NCBI GenBank assembly: GCA_964016885.1
Contig: OZ024760.1
Coordinates: 23,560,001-23,624,000 of the forward strand
Origin: Eledone cirrhosa
Taxonomy: Eukaryota
Length of the DNA: 64,000 nucleotides
Reading direction: 5' to 3'
Each line of letters begins with the position of its first letter. Within the stretch, counting starts at the first letter, position 1. The notes under the pieces were generated by a model that was not told the DNA's origin, did not search any database, and saw nothing but the letters and a program-made list of their open reading frames with translations. Made by a program: the position numbers and the translations under genes. Shown one piece after another: positions 1 through 15,326 of this stretch.

Positions 1-965
1 CACCAACACCACCACCAACACCAGTAACACCAACACCACCACCACCATCAACACCAACACCACCATCAACACCATCACCACCACCAACACCAACACAACA
101 CCACTAACACTAACACCAATATTAACACCAACACCACCATCACCACCATCACCACCAGCACTAACACCACCACCAACACCACCATCACCACCAAAAACAC
201 CAACACCAACACCACCACCAACACCACTAACACCAACACCAACACCACCATCAACACCAACACCACCATCACCACCAACACCACCACCAACACCAACACA
301 ACACCACTAACACCAACACCACCACCACCACTAACACCAACACCAACATTAACACCAACACCACCATCACCACCAACACCACCAGTAACACCACCAACAT
401 TAACACCACCATCACCACCAGCACTAACACCACCACCAACACCACCATCACCACCAACAACACCAACACCAACACCACCACCAACACCACTAACACCAAC
501 ACCAACACCACCATCAACACCAACACCACCATCACCACCAACACCACCACCAACATCAACACCACCACCACCACCACCAACATCACCACCAACACCACCA
601 GCAACACCAACACCAACACCACCATCACCACCAACACCAACACCACCAACGCACCACTAACACCAACACCACCACCACCACTAACACCAACACCAACACC
701 AACATTAACAGCAACACCACCAACATTAGCACCATCACCACTAACACCACCAACACCCTCATTGCAATCATCACCAGCATTATAACGATCAAGTTAACAT
801 TCATCAACGTCTTAACAATCATTATATTAACCATCCGTGTCCGACCCTCTACCAATTGGTGGTGGTGTTGCTAGTGGTGTTGGTGTTGGTGTTGTTGGTG
901 GTGGTGTTGGTGGTTGTGTTGGTGGTGGTGGTGATGGTGACGGTGTTGGTAGCGGTGTTGGTGTT
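1..965. repeat. Degenerate (CAC/CAA)n trinucleotide tract switching to its complement (GGT/GTT)n at about 857
   Basis: Direct reading; explains the Val/Leu-rich minus-strand ORFs. Confidence 0.9.
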
Positions 966-967
966 GA

Positions 968-1150
968 TGGCAGTATTGGTAGAGGGTCGGACGCCATGCG
1001 TTGACGTATAGAGTTACGGCCCTTGCCATTCTGAGTTCAAATCCCGCCGAGGATAACTTCGCCTTTCTTCCTTACGGGGGTCGATAAAATAAAGTACCAG
1101 TAATACATTGGATAATTGCTGGCCTTGTGCCAACAGTAGAAACAATTATT
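968..1150 (+). mobile_element. tRNA-derived SINE (abundant family in this window)
   Basis: A-box-like TGGCAGTATTGG (968-979), B-box GAGTTCAAATCC (1033-1044), body ...GCCTTTC.TCCTTACGGGGTCGATAAAATAAAGTACCAG... recurring many times in the window. Confidence 0.85.
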
Positions 1151-1716
1151 AAAAACTCTGTAGGTTAACTTTGCCTTTCATCCTTACGAGGTCAATAAAA
1201 TAAAGTACCAGTAATACACTGGTTAATTGTTGGCCGTGTTGCAAAAGTATAAACAATTATTAAAAACTCTGTAGGTTAACTTTGCCTTTCATCCTTACGA
1301 GGTCAATAAAATAAAGTACCAGTAATACACTGGTTAATTGTTGGCCGTGTGCCAAAAGTATAAACAATTATTAAAAACTCTGTAGGTTAACTTTGCCTTT
1401 CATCCTTACGAGGTCAATAAAATAAAGTACCAGTAATACACTGGTTAATTGTTGGCCGTGTGCCAAAAGTATAAACAATTATTAAAAACTCTGTAGGTTA
1501 ACTTTGCCTTTCATCCTTACGAGGTCAATAAAATAAAGTACCAGTAATACACTGGTTAATTGTTGGCCGTGTGCCAAAAGTATAAACAATTATTAAAAAC
1601 TCTGTAGGTTAACTTTGCCTTTCATCCTTACGAGGTCAATAAAATAAAGTACCAGTAATACACTGGTTAATTGTTGGCCGTGTGCCAAAAGTATAAACAA
1701 TTATTAAAAACTCTGT
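1151..1716 (+). repeat. Tandem array of 5 x 111 bp derived from the 3' half of the adjacent SINE
   Basis: AAAAACTCTGTA starts at 1151, 1262, 1373, 1484, 1595 and 1706; the unit matches the SINE body. Confidence 0.95.
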
Positions 1717-1825
1717 AACGCAGTTATAATGAATTTGCTAAAGACCTGAAAGTCTTTGTGTAGCCACTCTCTATCTTGGTCGTGTTTTTATCTTGTACTG
1801 TATATATAAATATATATATATGTGG

Positions 1826-1858
<33 letters not shown>

Positions 1859-1859
<1 letters not shown>

Positions 1860-2300
1860 GTCGGGTCACTCTTGAGTGCTACTGGTAACATGTAACCCAT
1901 TACAACCTGTCGCATGGTCGGGTCGTGGGCGACTAAACCGGCAACCCTACCAAGTTTAATCGGTGAGGAGGAGTGATTTTGGACACCATGCCCCGGACAA
2001 AAAACAAAACCTGACAAAGGGCGCAAGAACTCATAAGAGTCAACGGCTATCCGAAAGTGTGTAAATATGTATATACAAATGCACCACGCGTTTAAACCAC
2101 TGGGAGTGAAGGACCCCTAGTCTTTGTCAAGGCATTCTTAACTGGGATAACACCGATATAAAACCTGCGGCTCAGTAGTTACCCATGATGTTGAGCTTTT
2201 CTTCTTTTCGCGTTATACCTACTGTCGCTCAGAGAGTGGGATTGGCTCAGTGCACAGTCTTTCTTCACTTTAAAAAATATCTTCACGCACAGGCATTGCA
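1859..2300 (+). mobile_element. Interspersed repeat inserted in (TA)n; collinear copy of the family also at 21235-21855 and 24395-24682
   Basis: 1859-2160 matches the reverse complement of 21235-21495; 2152-2300 matches 21501-21643 in forward orientation. Confidence 0.8.
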
Positions 2301-2369
2301 CGGTAGAGTTAATTAATAATTATTAATAATGGTTATCGTACAATGGCCATACTCGATAACGAGGGGGCA

Positions 2370-2426
<57 letters not shown>

Positions 2427-2561
2427 CTGCCCCCTCGTTATATATATATAATTGGTGTTTGATGCTTAAAGCGTCCGTATGCGGTGGGCAGTTTGAGCAC
2501 TCGATGCTTTTACAGAGCAGAGTATTATATCACATAAGAAACGCTGGCTCGGAGAATCGTG

Positions 2562-2654
2562 ACGTATCTGACGACCTTGCGATTCCAGAGTCAGGTTCGA
2601 TCATGGCATCGATTGTGCCTCGAGGTGGTCGCCAGAGAAACGATTGTAATATGT
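2562..2654 (+). ncRNA. Hammerhead ribozyme (minimal type I, extended stem II)
   Basis: Stem I ACGTAT/ATATGT, CTGACGA 2568-2574, stem II CTTGCGA/TCGCCAG, GAAA 2637-2640, palindromic stem III A-CGATTG-T, cleavage triplet GUA. Confidence 0.75.
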
Positions 2655-2704
2655 CTAATACATTTGATTCTCCGCACCACTGATTCTCCGTTTCTTATGT
2701 GATA

Positions 2705-3060
2705 TATATATATATATATATAAGTTTTAATATAGATGAAATTCTGCAGGACTAGAACTGTTTCATTCTTTAGAAATCATCAGGAATATGGCTAACCAAA
2801 AATATATGCTGTATGTATAGGTCTTTTCAGGTGGTAGGATACGGTGGGGAGTGGAATGGGTAGAGGTCATTGGTTGATAGAAAGGGAATTCATTAAAAAT
2901 AATAACACGAGATAGAGTTACCTTTTGGAATTAAATGGCTGCCGCTCAAAATTTCTGAATCGAGAATTCTTCTTTACATATTCGCAGCTAACATTCTCCT
3001 GTCAGTCTCCTTTGTATACAGCCTGTGTGGGGTTTTATTTTGTCGTGTAAAAATACAACA
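2705..3060 (-). mobile_element. Decayed Penelope-like terminal-repeat/UTR fragment with hammerhead-like core
   Basis: Minus-strand CTGATGA(2783-2777)..GAAAC; AAATAATAACACGAGATAGAGTTACCTT resembles about 43050-43087 of the Penelope 3' UTR; related core at 41081-41103 (+). Confidence 0.5.
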
Positions 3061-3073
3061 AATCAAACCAATA

Positions 3074-4653
3074 CATCAGCTATAAATAGAACAACATTCT
3101 CCATTATAATAAGGTCATCTGTAGAATTAGAGTCAACAAAAGACCAGAGCATATCCTCACTGTTAGGGCACTTATTCTCTCCCAGTTCTCCCCTTCTAAT
3201 CCATAGGCTTATGCTACATCCTCATCATCAACATCAGCTATAAATAGAACAACATTCTCCAATATAATAAGGTCATCTGTAGAATTAGAGTCAACAAAAG
3301 ACCAAAGCATATCTTCACTGTTAGGGCACTTATTCTCTCCCAGTTCTCCTCTTCTAATCCATAGGCTTATGCTACATCCTCATCATCAACATCAGCTATA
3401 AATAGAACAACATTCTCCAATATAATAAGGTCATCTGTAGAATTAGAGTCAACAAGAGACCAGGGCATATCCTCACTGTTAGGGCACTTATTCTCTCCCA
3501 GTTCTCCTCTTCTAATCCATAGGCTTATGCTACATCCTCATCATCAACATCAGCTATAAATAGAACAACATTCTCCAATATAATAAGGTCATCTGTAGAA
3601 TTAGAGTCAACAAAAGACCAAAGCATATCTTCACTGTTAGGGCACTTATTCTCTCCCAGTTCTCCTCTTCTAATCCATAGGCTTATGCTACATCCTCATC
3701 ATCAACATCAGCTATAAATAGAACAACATTCTCCAATATAATAAGGTCATCTGTAGAATTAGAGTCAACAAAAGACCAAAGCATATCCTCACTGTTAGGG
3801 CACTTATTCTCTCCCAGTTCTCCTCTTCTAATCCATAGGCTTATGCTACATCCTCATCATCAACATCAGCTATAAATAGAACAACATTCTCCAATATAAT
3901 AAGGTCATCTGTAGAATTAGAGTCAACAAAAGACCAAAGCATATCTTCACTGTTAGGGCACTTATTCTCTCCCAGTTCTCCTCTTCTAATCCATAGGCTT
4001 ATGCTACATCCTCATCATCAACATCAGCTATAAATAGAACAACATTCTCCATTATAATAAGGTCATCTGTAGAATTAGAGTCAACAAAAGACCAGAGCAT
4101 ATCTTCACTGTTAGGGCACTTATTCTCTCCCAGTTCTCCTCTTCTAATCCATAGGCTTATGCTACATCCTCATCATCAACATCAGCTATAAATAGAACAA
4201 CATTCTCCATTATAATAAGGTCATCTGTAGAATTAGAGTCAACAAAAGACCAGAGCATATCTTCACTGTTAGGGCACTTATTCTCTCCCAGTTCTCCTCT
4301 TCTAATCCATAGGCTTATGCTACATCCTCATCATCAACATCAGCTATAAATAGAACAACATTCTCCATTATAATAAGGTCATCTGTAGAATTAGAGTCAA
4401 CAAAAGACCAGGGCATATCCTCACTGTTAGGGCACTTATTCTCTCCCAGTTCTCCTCTTCTAATCCATAGGCTTATGCTACATCCTCATCATCAACATCA
4501 GCTATAAATAGAACAACATTCTCCATTATAATAAGGTCATCTGTAGAATTAGAGTCAACAAAAGACCAGAGCATATCTTCACTGTTAGGGCACTTATTCT
4601 CTCCCAGTTCTCCTCTTCTAATCCATAGGCTTATGCTACATCCTCATCATCAT
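3074..4653. repeat. Satellite, 10 x 158 bp, highly homogeneous
   Basis: CATCAGCTATAAATAGAAC recurs at 3074, 3232, 3390 ... 4496. Confidence 0.97.
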
Positions 4654-4779
4654 TATCGTCGTCGTTTAACGTCCATATTCCACGTTTAGCATGGGTTGGA
4701 GGTGTTTGTCCCACTTGTACAGAACTGTTTCTGGCAGGTTTTCTACGACTGGATGCCCTACCTAACAATAATCATGTCT

Positions 4780-5820
4780 GATTTACGCAGAAGTCGATTA
4801 AATCGATACAAATGAATTACTGGTACTATATTTTCTCAAACCCTTAATGGTAAAAGGCAAATCTAACCGTGGCGGGATTTAAACACAAAGCATCCAGGGC
4901 AGTAATTCAATGCTGCAAAGTACACTATCCGACGCTCTACCGATTCTGCCAATCCACCGCCCCTTAATAATTTAATTTTTTCTACTTTTTGGAACAAGGC
5001 CAGCAATTACCCGGTGCATTAATGATACTTTATTGTATCGACCCCGTAAGGATGAAAGACAAAGTTAACCTCGGCGGGATTTGAACTCGGAATGGCAAGG
5101 GCCGTAACTCTTTGCGTCAAAGCATGTAGTCCGACGCTCTACCGATACTGCCAATTCAAATATAATACTTTCAGATTTGGGCACAATGCCATCAATTTGA
5201 AGGGAAGGAGAAAGTCGATTAAATCGACCCTAGTATGTGGATGGTACTTTATTTTATCGAACCCGTAAGGATGAAAAGCAAAGGGAATCGCGGCGGGATT
5301 TGAACTCAGAATGAAAAGGGCCTAAACTATATACTGCAAAACATGTTGTCCGACGCTCTACCGATACTAGCAATCCACTGCCTCCAGTGATTTCCGATTT
5401 AGGCACAAGGCCTTCAATCTAAAGGCAAGGGACAATTTGATTAAATCGACCCCAGTGCGTGACTGGTACTTTATTTTATCGACCCCCGTACTGATGAAAT
5501 GCAAACCTAACCTCGACGAGGTTTGAATTCAGAACCTAAAGGACTGTAGCTCTATGCCGCAAAACAGTGTGTCCGACGCTCTACTGATACTGGCAAACCA
5601 CTTCCCTCCGTGGTTTCTAATTTAGGCAAAGGGCCTTCAATTTAAAGGGAAGGGGAAAGTCGATTAAATCAACCCCAGTGCGTGTCTGGTACTTTATTTA
5701 TCGACACCGCTAAGATTGAAATGCAACCCTAAACTTTGAATTCAGAACGTAAGGAGCCTCAACTCTATGCCGCAAAGCATAATGTTCGATGCTCTACGGA
5801 TTACTGCCATTCCATTGCCG
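4780..5820 (-). mobile_element. Cluster of about 5 head-to-tail, diverged tRNA-SINE copies
   Basis: Repeated TGGTACTTTATTTTATCGACCCC..GGATGAAA..GGATTTGAACTC..GTCCGACGCTCTACCGAT.CTGCCAAT (reverse complement of the SINE at 968). Confidence 0.85.
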
Positions 5821-5989
5821 ATTACATCTCCTGTGTTTTCCTCACGTGAGTTAACGTTAAGGAGACATTACAAGACAACATAGAAGTCAAGAAGCTGATT
5901 AAGTGACAGAAGAAGAGAAAAATACATCAAGGCATAAGAAACAGAAGACATTAGAGGAGAACGACAAAAGAAAAAAAAAACCACCGAAT

Positions 5990-7035
<1,046 letters not shown>

Positions 7036-7249
7036 ATGGTTGTATGCATATATGTAAGTGTTTGTGTGCGGGTGTATAATACATTTAACAAGAAAGTCAA
7101 GAAGATTTAATAAGTAGAGCTGTGTAATGGTTTTACCCCTCGGCGCGAACCATTTTCACTGCCGTGACAGGATACCGCATTAATGCGAAAATTGATGGGG
7201 TGTCGTGCACAACAGCATCTACACCACCACTAACAGCAACAGCAATAAC

Positions 7250-10166
7250 ACCACAAACAATGATAGTAACGATCAACATCGTGGTCTATGACAGAACGGC
7301 AGCAACAACGACAACTACATTACCACCACCACCACCAACACCACCAACAACAACAACAACAACAGCAATAAGACCACAAACAACAACAGTAACGATCACC
7401 ATCGTTGTCTATGACAGAACGGCAGCAACAACGACAACTACATTACCACCATCACCAACAACAACAACAACAACTAAAACAACAGCAATAAGACAACAAA
7501 CAACAACAGTAACGATCACCATCGTTGTCTATGACAGAATGGCAGCAACAACGACAACTACATTACCACCATCACCACCGACAACAACAACAACAACTAA
7601 AACAACAGCAATAAGACCACAAACAACAACAGTAACGATCACCATCGTTGTCTATGACAGAACGGCAGCAACAACGACAACTACATTACCACCATCACCA
7701 CCGACAACAACAACAACAACTAAAACACCAGCAATAAGACCACAAACAACAACAGTAACGATCACCATCGTTGTCTATGACAGAACGGCAGCAACAACGA
7801 CAGCTACATTACCACCACCATCACCAACAACAACAACAACAACTAAAACAACAGCAATAAGACCACAAACAACAACAGTAACGATCACCATCGTTGTCTA
7901 TGACAGAACGGCAGCAACAACGACAGCTACATTACCACCACCATCACCAACAACAACAACAACAACTAAAACAACAGCAATAAGACCACAAACAACAACA
8001 GTAACGATCACCATCGTTGTCTATGACAGAACGGCAGCAACAACGACAACTACATTACCACCATCACCACCGACAACAACAACAACAACTAAAACACCAG
8101 CAATAAGACCACAAACAACAACAGTAACGATCACCATCGTTGTCTATGACAGAACGGCAGCAACAACGACAACTACATTACCACCATCACCACCAACAAC
8201 AACAACAACAACTAAAACAACAGCAATAAGACCACAAACAACAACAGTAACGATCACCATCGTTGTCTATGTCAGAATGGCAGCAACAACGACAACTACA
8301 TTACCACCACCACCACCAACAACAACAACTAAAACAACAGCAATAAGACAACAAACAACAACAGTAACGATCACCATCGTTGTCTATGTCAGAATGGCAG
8401 CAACAACGACAACTACATTACCACCACCACCACCAACAACAACAACTAAAACAACAGCAATAAGACCACAAACAACAACAGTAACGATCACCATCGTTGT
8501 CTATGACAGAACGGCAGCAACAACGACAACTACATTACCACCATCACCACCAACAACAACAACAACAACTAAACCAACAAACAACAACAGTAACGATCAC
8601 CATCGTTGTCTATGACAGAACGGCAGCAACAACGACAACTACATTACCACCATCACCACCAACAACAACAACAACAACTAAACCAACAAACAACAACAGT
8701 AACGATCACCATCGTTGTCTATGACAGAACGGCAGCAACAACGACAACTACATTACCACCACCAACAACAACAACAACAACAACTAAAACAACAGCAATA
8801 AGACCACAAACAACAACAGTAACGATCACCATCGTTGTCTATGACAGAACGGCAGCAACAACGACAACTACATTACCACCATCACCAACAACAACAACAA
8901 CAACTAAAACAACAGCAATAAGACCACAAACAACAACAGTAACGATCACCATCGTTGTCTATGACAGAACGGCAGCAACAACGACAACTACATTACCACC
9001 ATCACCAACAACAACAACAACAACTAAAACAACAGCAATAAGACAACAAACAACAACAGTAACGATCACCATCGTTGTCTATTACAGAACGGCAGCAACA
9101 ACGACAGCTACATTACCACCACCACCAACAACAACAACTAAAACAACAGCAATAAGACCACAAACAACAACAGTAACGATCACCATCGTTGTCTATGACA
9201 GAACGGCAGCAACAACGACAACTACATTACCACCATCACCAACAACAACAACAACAACTAAAACAACAGCAATAAGACAACAAACAACAACAGTAACGAT
9301 CACCATCGTTGTCTATTACAGAACGGCAGCAACAACGACAGCTACATTACCACCACCACCAACAACAACAACAACAACTAAAACAACAGCAATAAGACCA
9401 CAAACAACAACAGTAACGATCACCATCGTTGTCTATGACAGAACGGCAGCAACAACGACAACTACATTACCACCATCACCAACAACAACAACAACAACTA
9501 AAACAACAAACAACAACAGTAACGATCACCATCGTTGTCTATGACAGAACGGCAGCAACAACGACAACTACATTACCACCATCACCAACAACAACAACAA
9601 CAACTAAAACAACAAACAACAACAGTAACGATCACCATCGTTGTCTATTACAGAACGGCAGCAACAACGACAGCTACATTACCACCACCACCACCAACAA
9701 CAACAACAACTAAAACAACAGCAATAAGACCACAAACAACAACAGTAACGATCACCATCGTTGTCTATGACAGAACGGCAGCAACAACGACAATTACATT
9801 ACCACCATCACCACCAACAACAACAACAACAACTAAAACAACAGCAATAAGACCACAAACAACAACAGTAACGATCACCATCGTTGTCTATGTCAGAATG
9901 GCAGCAACAACGACAACTACATTACCACCACCAACAACAACAACAACAACAACTAAAACAACAACAATAAGACCACAAACAACAACAGTAACGATCACCA
10001 TCGTTGTCTATGACAGAACGGCAGCAACAACGACAACTACATTACCACCATCACCACCAACAACAACAACAACAACTAAAACAACAGCAATAAGACCACA
10101 AACAACAACAGTAACGATCACCATCGTTGTCTATGACAGAACGGCAGCAACAACGACAACTACATT

Positions 10167-10198
<32 letters not shown>

Positions 10199-12712
10199 CA
10201 ACTAAAACAACAGCAATAAGACCACAAACAACAACAGTAACGATCACCATCGTTGTCTATGACAGAACGGCAGCAACAACGACAACTACATTACCACCAT
10301 CACCACCAACAACAACAACAACAACAACTAAAACAACAGCAATAAGACCACAAACAACAACAGTAACGATCACCATCGTTGTCTATTACAGAACGGCAGC
10401 AACAACGACAACTACATTACCACCATCACCAACAACAACAACAACAACTAAAACACCAGCAATAAGACCACAAACAACAACAGTAACGATCACCATCGTT
10501 GTCTATGACAGAACGGCAGCAACAACGACAACTACATTACCACCATCACCAACAACAACAACAACAACAACTAAAACAACAGCAATAAGACAACAAACAA
10601 CAACAGTAACGATCACCATCGTTGTCTATGACAGAACGGCAGCAACAACGACAACTACATTACCACCATCACCAACAACAACAACAACAACTAAAACAAC
10701 AGCAATAAGACAACAAACAACAACAGTAACGATCACCATCGTTGTTTATGACAGAACGGCAGCAACAACGACAACTACATTACCACCATCACCAACAACA
10801 ACAACAACAACTAAAACACCAGCAATAAGACCACAAACAACAACAGTAACGATCACCATCGTTGTCTATGACAGAACGGCAGCAACAACGACAACTACAT
10901 TACCACCATCACCAACAACAACAACAACAACTAAAACACCAGCAATAAGACCACAAACAACAACAGTAACGATCACCATCGTTGTCTATGACAGAACGGC
11001 AGCAACAACGACAACTACATTACCACCATCACCAACAACAACAACAACAACAACTAAAACAACAGCAATAAGACAACAAACAACAACAGTAACGATCACC
11101 ATCGTTGTCTATGACAGAACGGCAGCAACAACGACAACTACATTACCACCATCACCACCGACAACAACAACAACAACTAAAACAACAGCAATAAGACAAC
11201 AAACAACAACAGTAACGATCACCATCGTTGTCTATGACAGAACGGCAGCAACAACGACAACTACATTACCACCATCACCACCGACAACAACAACAACAAC
11301 TAAAACAACAGCAATAAGACAACAAACAACAACAGTAACGATCACCATCGTTGTCTATGACAGAACGGCAGCAACAACGACAACTACATTACCACCATCA
11401 CCAACAACAACAACAACAACTAAAACACCAGCAATAAGACCACAAACAACAACAGTAACGATCACCATCGTTGTCTATGACAGAACGGCAGCAACAACGA
11501 CAACTACATTACCACCATCACCAACAACAACAACAACAACTAAAACAACAGCAATAAGACCACAAACAACAACAGTAACGATCACCATCGTTGTCTATGA
11601 CAGAACGGCAGCAACAACGACAACTACATTACCACCATCACCAACAACAACAACAACAACAACAACTAAAACAACAGCAATAAGACAACAAACAACAACA
11701 GTAACGATCACCATCGTTGTCTATGACAGAACGGCAGCAACAACGACAACTACATTACCACCATCACCAACAACAACAACAACAACAACAACTAAAACAA
11801 CAGCAATAAGACAACAAACAACAACAGTAACGATCACCATCGTTGTCTATGACAGAACGGCAGCAACAACGACAACTACATTACCACCATCACCACCAAC
11901 AACAACAACAACAACTAAAACAACAGCAATAAGACAACAAACAACAACAGTAACGATCACCATCGTTGTCTATTACAGAACGGCAGCAACAACGACAACT
12001 ACATTACCACCATCACCACCGACAACAACAACAACAACTAAAACAACAGCAATAAGACAACAAACAACAACAGTAACGATCACCATCGTTGTCTATGACA
12101 GAATGGCAGCAACAACGACAACTACATTACCACCATCACCAACAACAACAACAACAACAACTAAAACAACAGCAATAAGACAACAAACAACAACAGTAAC
12201 GATCACCATCGTTGTCTATGACAGAATGGCAGCAACAACGACAACTACATTACCACCATCACCAACAACAACAACAACAACAACTAAAACAACAGCAATA
12301 AGACAACAAACAACAACAGTAACGATCACCATCGTTGTCTATTACAGAACGGCAGCAACAACGACAACTACATTACCACCATCACCACCGACAACAACAA
12401 CAACAACTAAAACAACAGCAATAAGACAACAAACAACAACAGTAACGATCACCATCGTTGTCTATGACAGAATGGCAGCAACAACGACAACTACATTACC
12501 ACCATCACCACCGACAACAACAACAACAACTAAAACAACAGCAATAAGACAACAAACAACAACAGTAACGATCACCATCGTTGTCTATGACAGAATGGCA
12601 GCAACAACGACAACTACATTACCACCATCACCACGAACAACAACAACAACAACTAAAACACCAGCAATAAGACAACAAACAACAACAGTAACGATCACCA
12701 TCGTTGTCTAAG
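7250..12712. repeat. Minisatellite, about 45 units of about 120 bp built on ACA/ACC triplets
   Basis: Anchor GTAACGATCACCATCGTTGTCTATGACAGAACGGCAGC recurs every ~106-126 bp. Confidence 0.97.
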
Positions 12713-12739
12713 ATCGAACGCCAGCGACACCAAGATCTA

Positions 12740-13730
12740 CATCACCACTAACAACAACAACAGTAATAATAACACCGCCATCACTACTACTACTAGCACC
12801 ACCACCACCACCACCACTACTACTGCCACCACCACCACAACAACGGCAACAACAGCAACGTAAAATACAACAACAACAATAACAACAATACCAACAAGTA
12901 TAACCATAACAACAACAATAACAGCAACAACAACGACAACGAGAACAACAACAATAGCAACAACGACAACAACAACAACGGCATCAACAACAACAACAAC
13001 AACAACAATAAATACAACAGTAACAACACCAACAACAACAACAACAACAATAACTACAACAACAGTAACAACACCATCAACAACAACAACAACAATAAAT
13101 ACAACACCAGCAACAAATACAACAACAGTAACAACACCAGCAACAATAACAACAACAATAACTACAACAACAGTAACAACAACAACAACAACACATACAA
13201 CAACAGTAACAACACCAGCAACACCAACAACAACAATAAATACAACAGTAACAACACCAACAACAACACCAGCAACACATACAACAACAGTAACAACACC
13301 AGCAACACCAACAACAACAATAAATACAACAACAGTAACAACACCAGCAACAACAACAACACATACAACAACAGTAACAACACCAGCAACAACAACAACA
13401 ACAACAATAAATACAACACTGGCAACAATAAAAACAACAACAACAGCTGCTGCAACAATAAAAACAGCAACAACAAATACAACAGTAACAACAACAATAA
13501 CAATAAATACAACAACAATAACAACAGCAATAACATCAATAATGGCAACAACAACAACATCAACAAATACAAGAACAATAGCCACAACAATAGCAACATC
13601 AGCAGCAGCAACAATAGCAACAACATTAACAACAACACAACAACAATCAACACAATTCACTATAACACATCAACAACAACAATACCAACTGCCACATTAA
13701 CGACTGCTACAGCAGCAACAACAACAGTTA
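12740..13730. repeat. Degenerate (ACA)n tract
   Basis: Direct reading. Confidence 0.9.
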
Positions 13731-13882
13731 GAACCAATAACAAGGCTGAATCTATATGGTTGTATTGTTTGCTAGAAATCATAGTCAAACCACCCTCAAA
13801 CCCTACCATACACCCACGAAAAAGCGATAGAAGATTTAAGAATAGCTAGACCTAGATACAAATAAAAGTAAAAAGTGTGTAT

Positions 13883-14117
13883 AGAACATATGCTGATAAG
13901 GTGAGGGTATATGAAGGGGTACAACCATTGACAAGGTCACAGGCTGTGGCGAAAGATATTTCTCAAAAAACGAGTAATCAATAGACATATTAATTAATTG
14001 TTATATGGAATATATGCTGATAAGGAGGGGGTACACGAAGGAGCACAATCAATGACAAGGTCACACTTTGTGGCGAAAGGACTTTAAAAAGACGAATAAT
14101 CAATAGATAGATTAATT
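13883..14117. repeat. Diverged direct duplication, 2 x about 125 bp
   Basis: ATATGCTGATAAGG..GACAAGGTCACA..TGTGGCGAAAG..AATCAATAGA occurs twice. Confidence 0.85.
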
Positions 14118-14259
14118 TCCTATCGAATAAATTAATAAACCTGAAAAGAAAAGCAATCGGAGTCTGGATTTTTAATTTGGTTGTGACATACTCAAAGTTC
14201 AGTTTTCATCGATTTTATATTGCTTATTTGCACTTCGCGTTTGATTTAGAATAAAGTAG

Positions 14260-14632
14260 CTTTAACTCGTACATTAAAGTTTCCAGATCTCCAAAGCCCT
14301 TTCTTCAGGAGACTGGTGATTTTAGTAGTGGCGTTTGTTTCTCGTATGTTTCTCACATTAACTCGTGCATTAAGTTTCCAGGGTCTTCAAAGTCCCATCA
14401 TCAGAAGAAGTGTGATTTTCCAAGTGGCGTTTGTTTCTCGTACGTTTCTCACATTAACTCGTGCATTAAGTTTCTTGGGTCTTCAAAGTCCCATCATCAG
14501 AAGAAGAGTGATTTTCGTAGTGGCGTTTGATCTCGTACATATTTACTTTAACTCGTGCATTACTGTTTCAGGATCTTCAAACTCCCATCATCAGAAGGAG
14601 GGTGGTGTTAGTTGGTTCTCGTACGTTTCTCG
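14260..14632 (-). repeat. Tandem array of 4 x about 95 bp, each unit carrying a hammerhead-like core on the minus strand
   Basis: TTAACTCGT at 14262, 14358, 14454 and 14548; TCWTCAG at 14302, 14398, 14494 and 14588, each preceded by ..GTTTC. Confidence 0.7.
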
Positions 14633-14659
14633 GGCAGCGAAACATCGTAGAGATAATAG

Positions 14660-15240
14660 TGGTCTTTAATTTTAGCAAGGGGCCTGCAATGGGAATAGAC
14701 GGAGGGGAAGTGGATTATAACGATGCCAGTGCTTTACGACGTGACCCTAGAAGGAAGAAAGTTAAATTTCACCTCGGTGGGCTGTGAACTCTGAACATAG
14801 AAGGTCATGACCGAATGCCGCAGAACAATTGTTCGGCGCTCTACAGTACGTGCTAAACCACTGTCCTTTTCGTAAGTTTAATAATAGTTTCGGATGTAGA
14901 TACAAAGCAAAGAAACTTGGGGGGGGGGGGAGTCGATTATTTAGAACCAAGTGCGTTAATAATTGTTTCTACTTTTGGCACAAGGCCAGCAATTATTTCA
15001 GTGTATTACTGGTACTTTATTTTATCAACCCCGTCAGGATGAAAGGTAAAGTTAACCTCGGCGGGATTTGTGCGTTAATAATACATTATTTTATCAACAC
15101 CGAATAAGGAAAGATAAACATAACCACGACAGCATTTAAAATCAGAATGCAAGGAGCCGTAACTCGATGACACGAAAATCGACCCTAGTTAGTTACTGCT
15201 ACTAATTTCCTCCGTTGAAATTGAACTCAGAAGGAACCTA
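14660..15240 (-). mobile_element. Cluster of diverged tRNA-SINE copies and fragments
   Basis: Best fragment 14960-15070 TTGTTTCTACTTTTGGCACAAGGCCAGCAATT..AAGTTAACCTCGGCGGGATTTG. Confidence 0.8.
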
Positions 15241-15285
15241 TAAAAATATATTGTAACCATTTGAACGATGGTGTATTGACTCTAT

Positions 15286-15325
<40 letters not shown>

Positions 15326-15326
<1 letters not shown>

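Noticed and set aside
968-1050. tRNA gene
   Set aside because: A and B boxes are present, but there is no complete cloverleaf and the sequence continues into a multi-copy SINE body.
3074-4653. CRISPR-like or hammerhead-bearing array
   Set aside because: Units are fully repeated with no unique spacers, and the minus-strand CTGATGTTGATGATGAGG has no matching GAAA or stems.
7164-12711. Long Thr-rich mucin-like ORFs (483, 312 and 1058 aa)
   Set aside because: They are translations of a minisatellite of about 120 bp. Stop-free frames arise from ACA/ACC composition, some units (106-109 bp) shift frame, and no signal peptide or non-repetitive domain is present.
13892-14080. CTGATAA...GCGAAAG hammerhead-like cores in the 125 bp duplication
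   Set aside because: Core has G8 replaced in both copies, and no stem II or stem I pairing was found.
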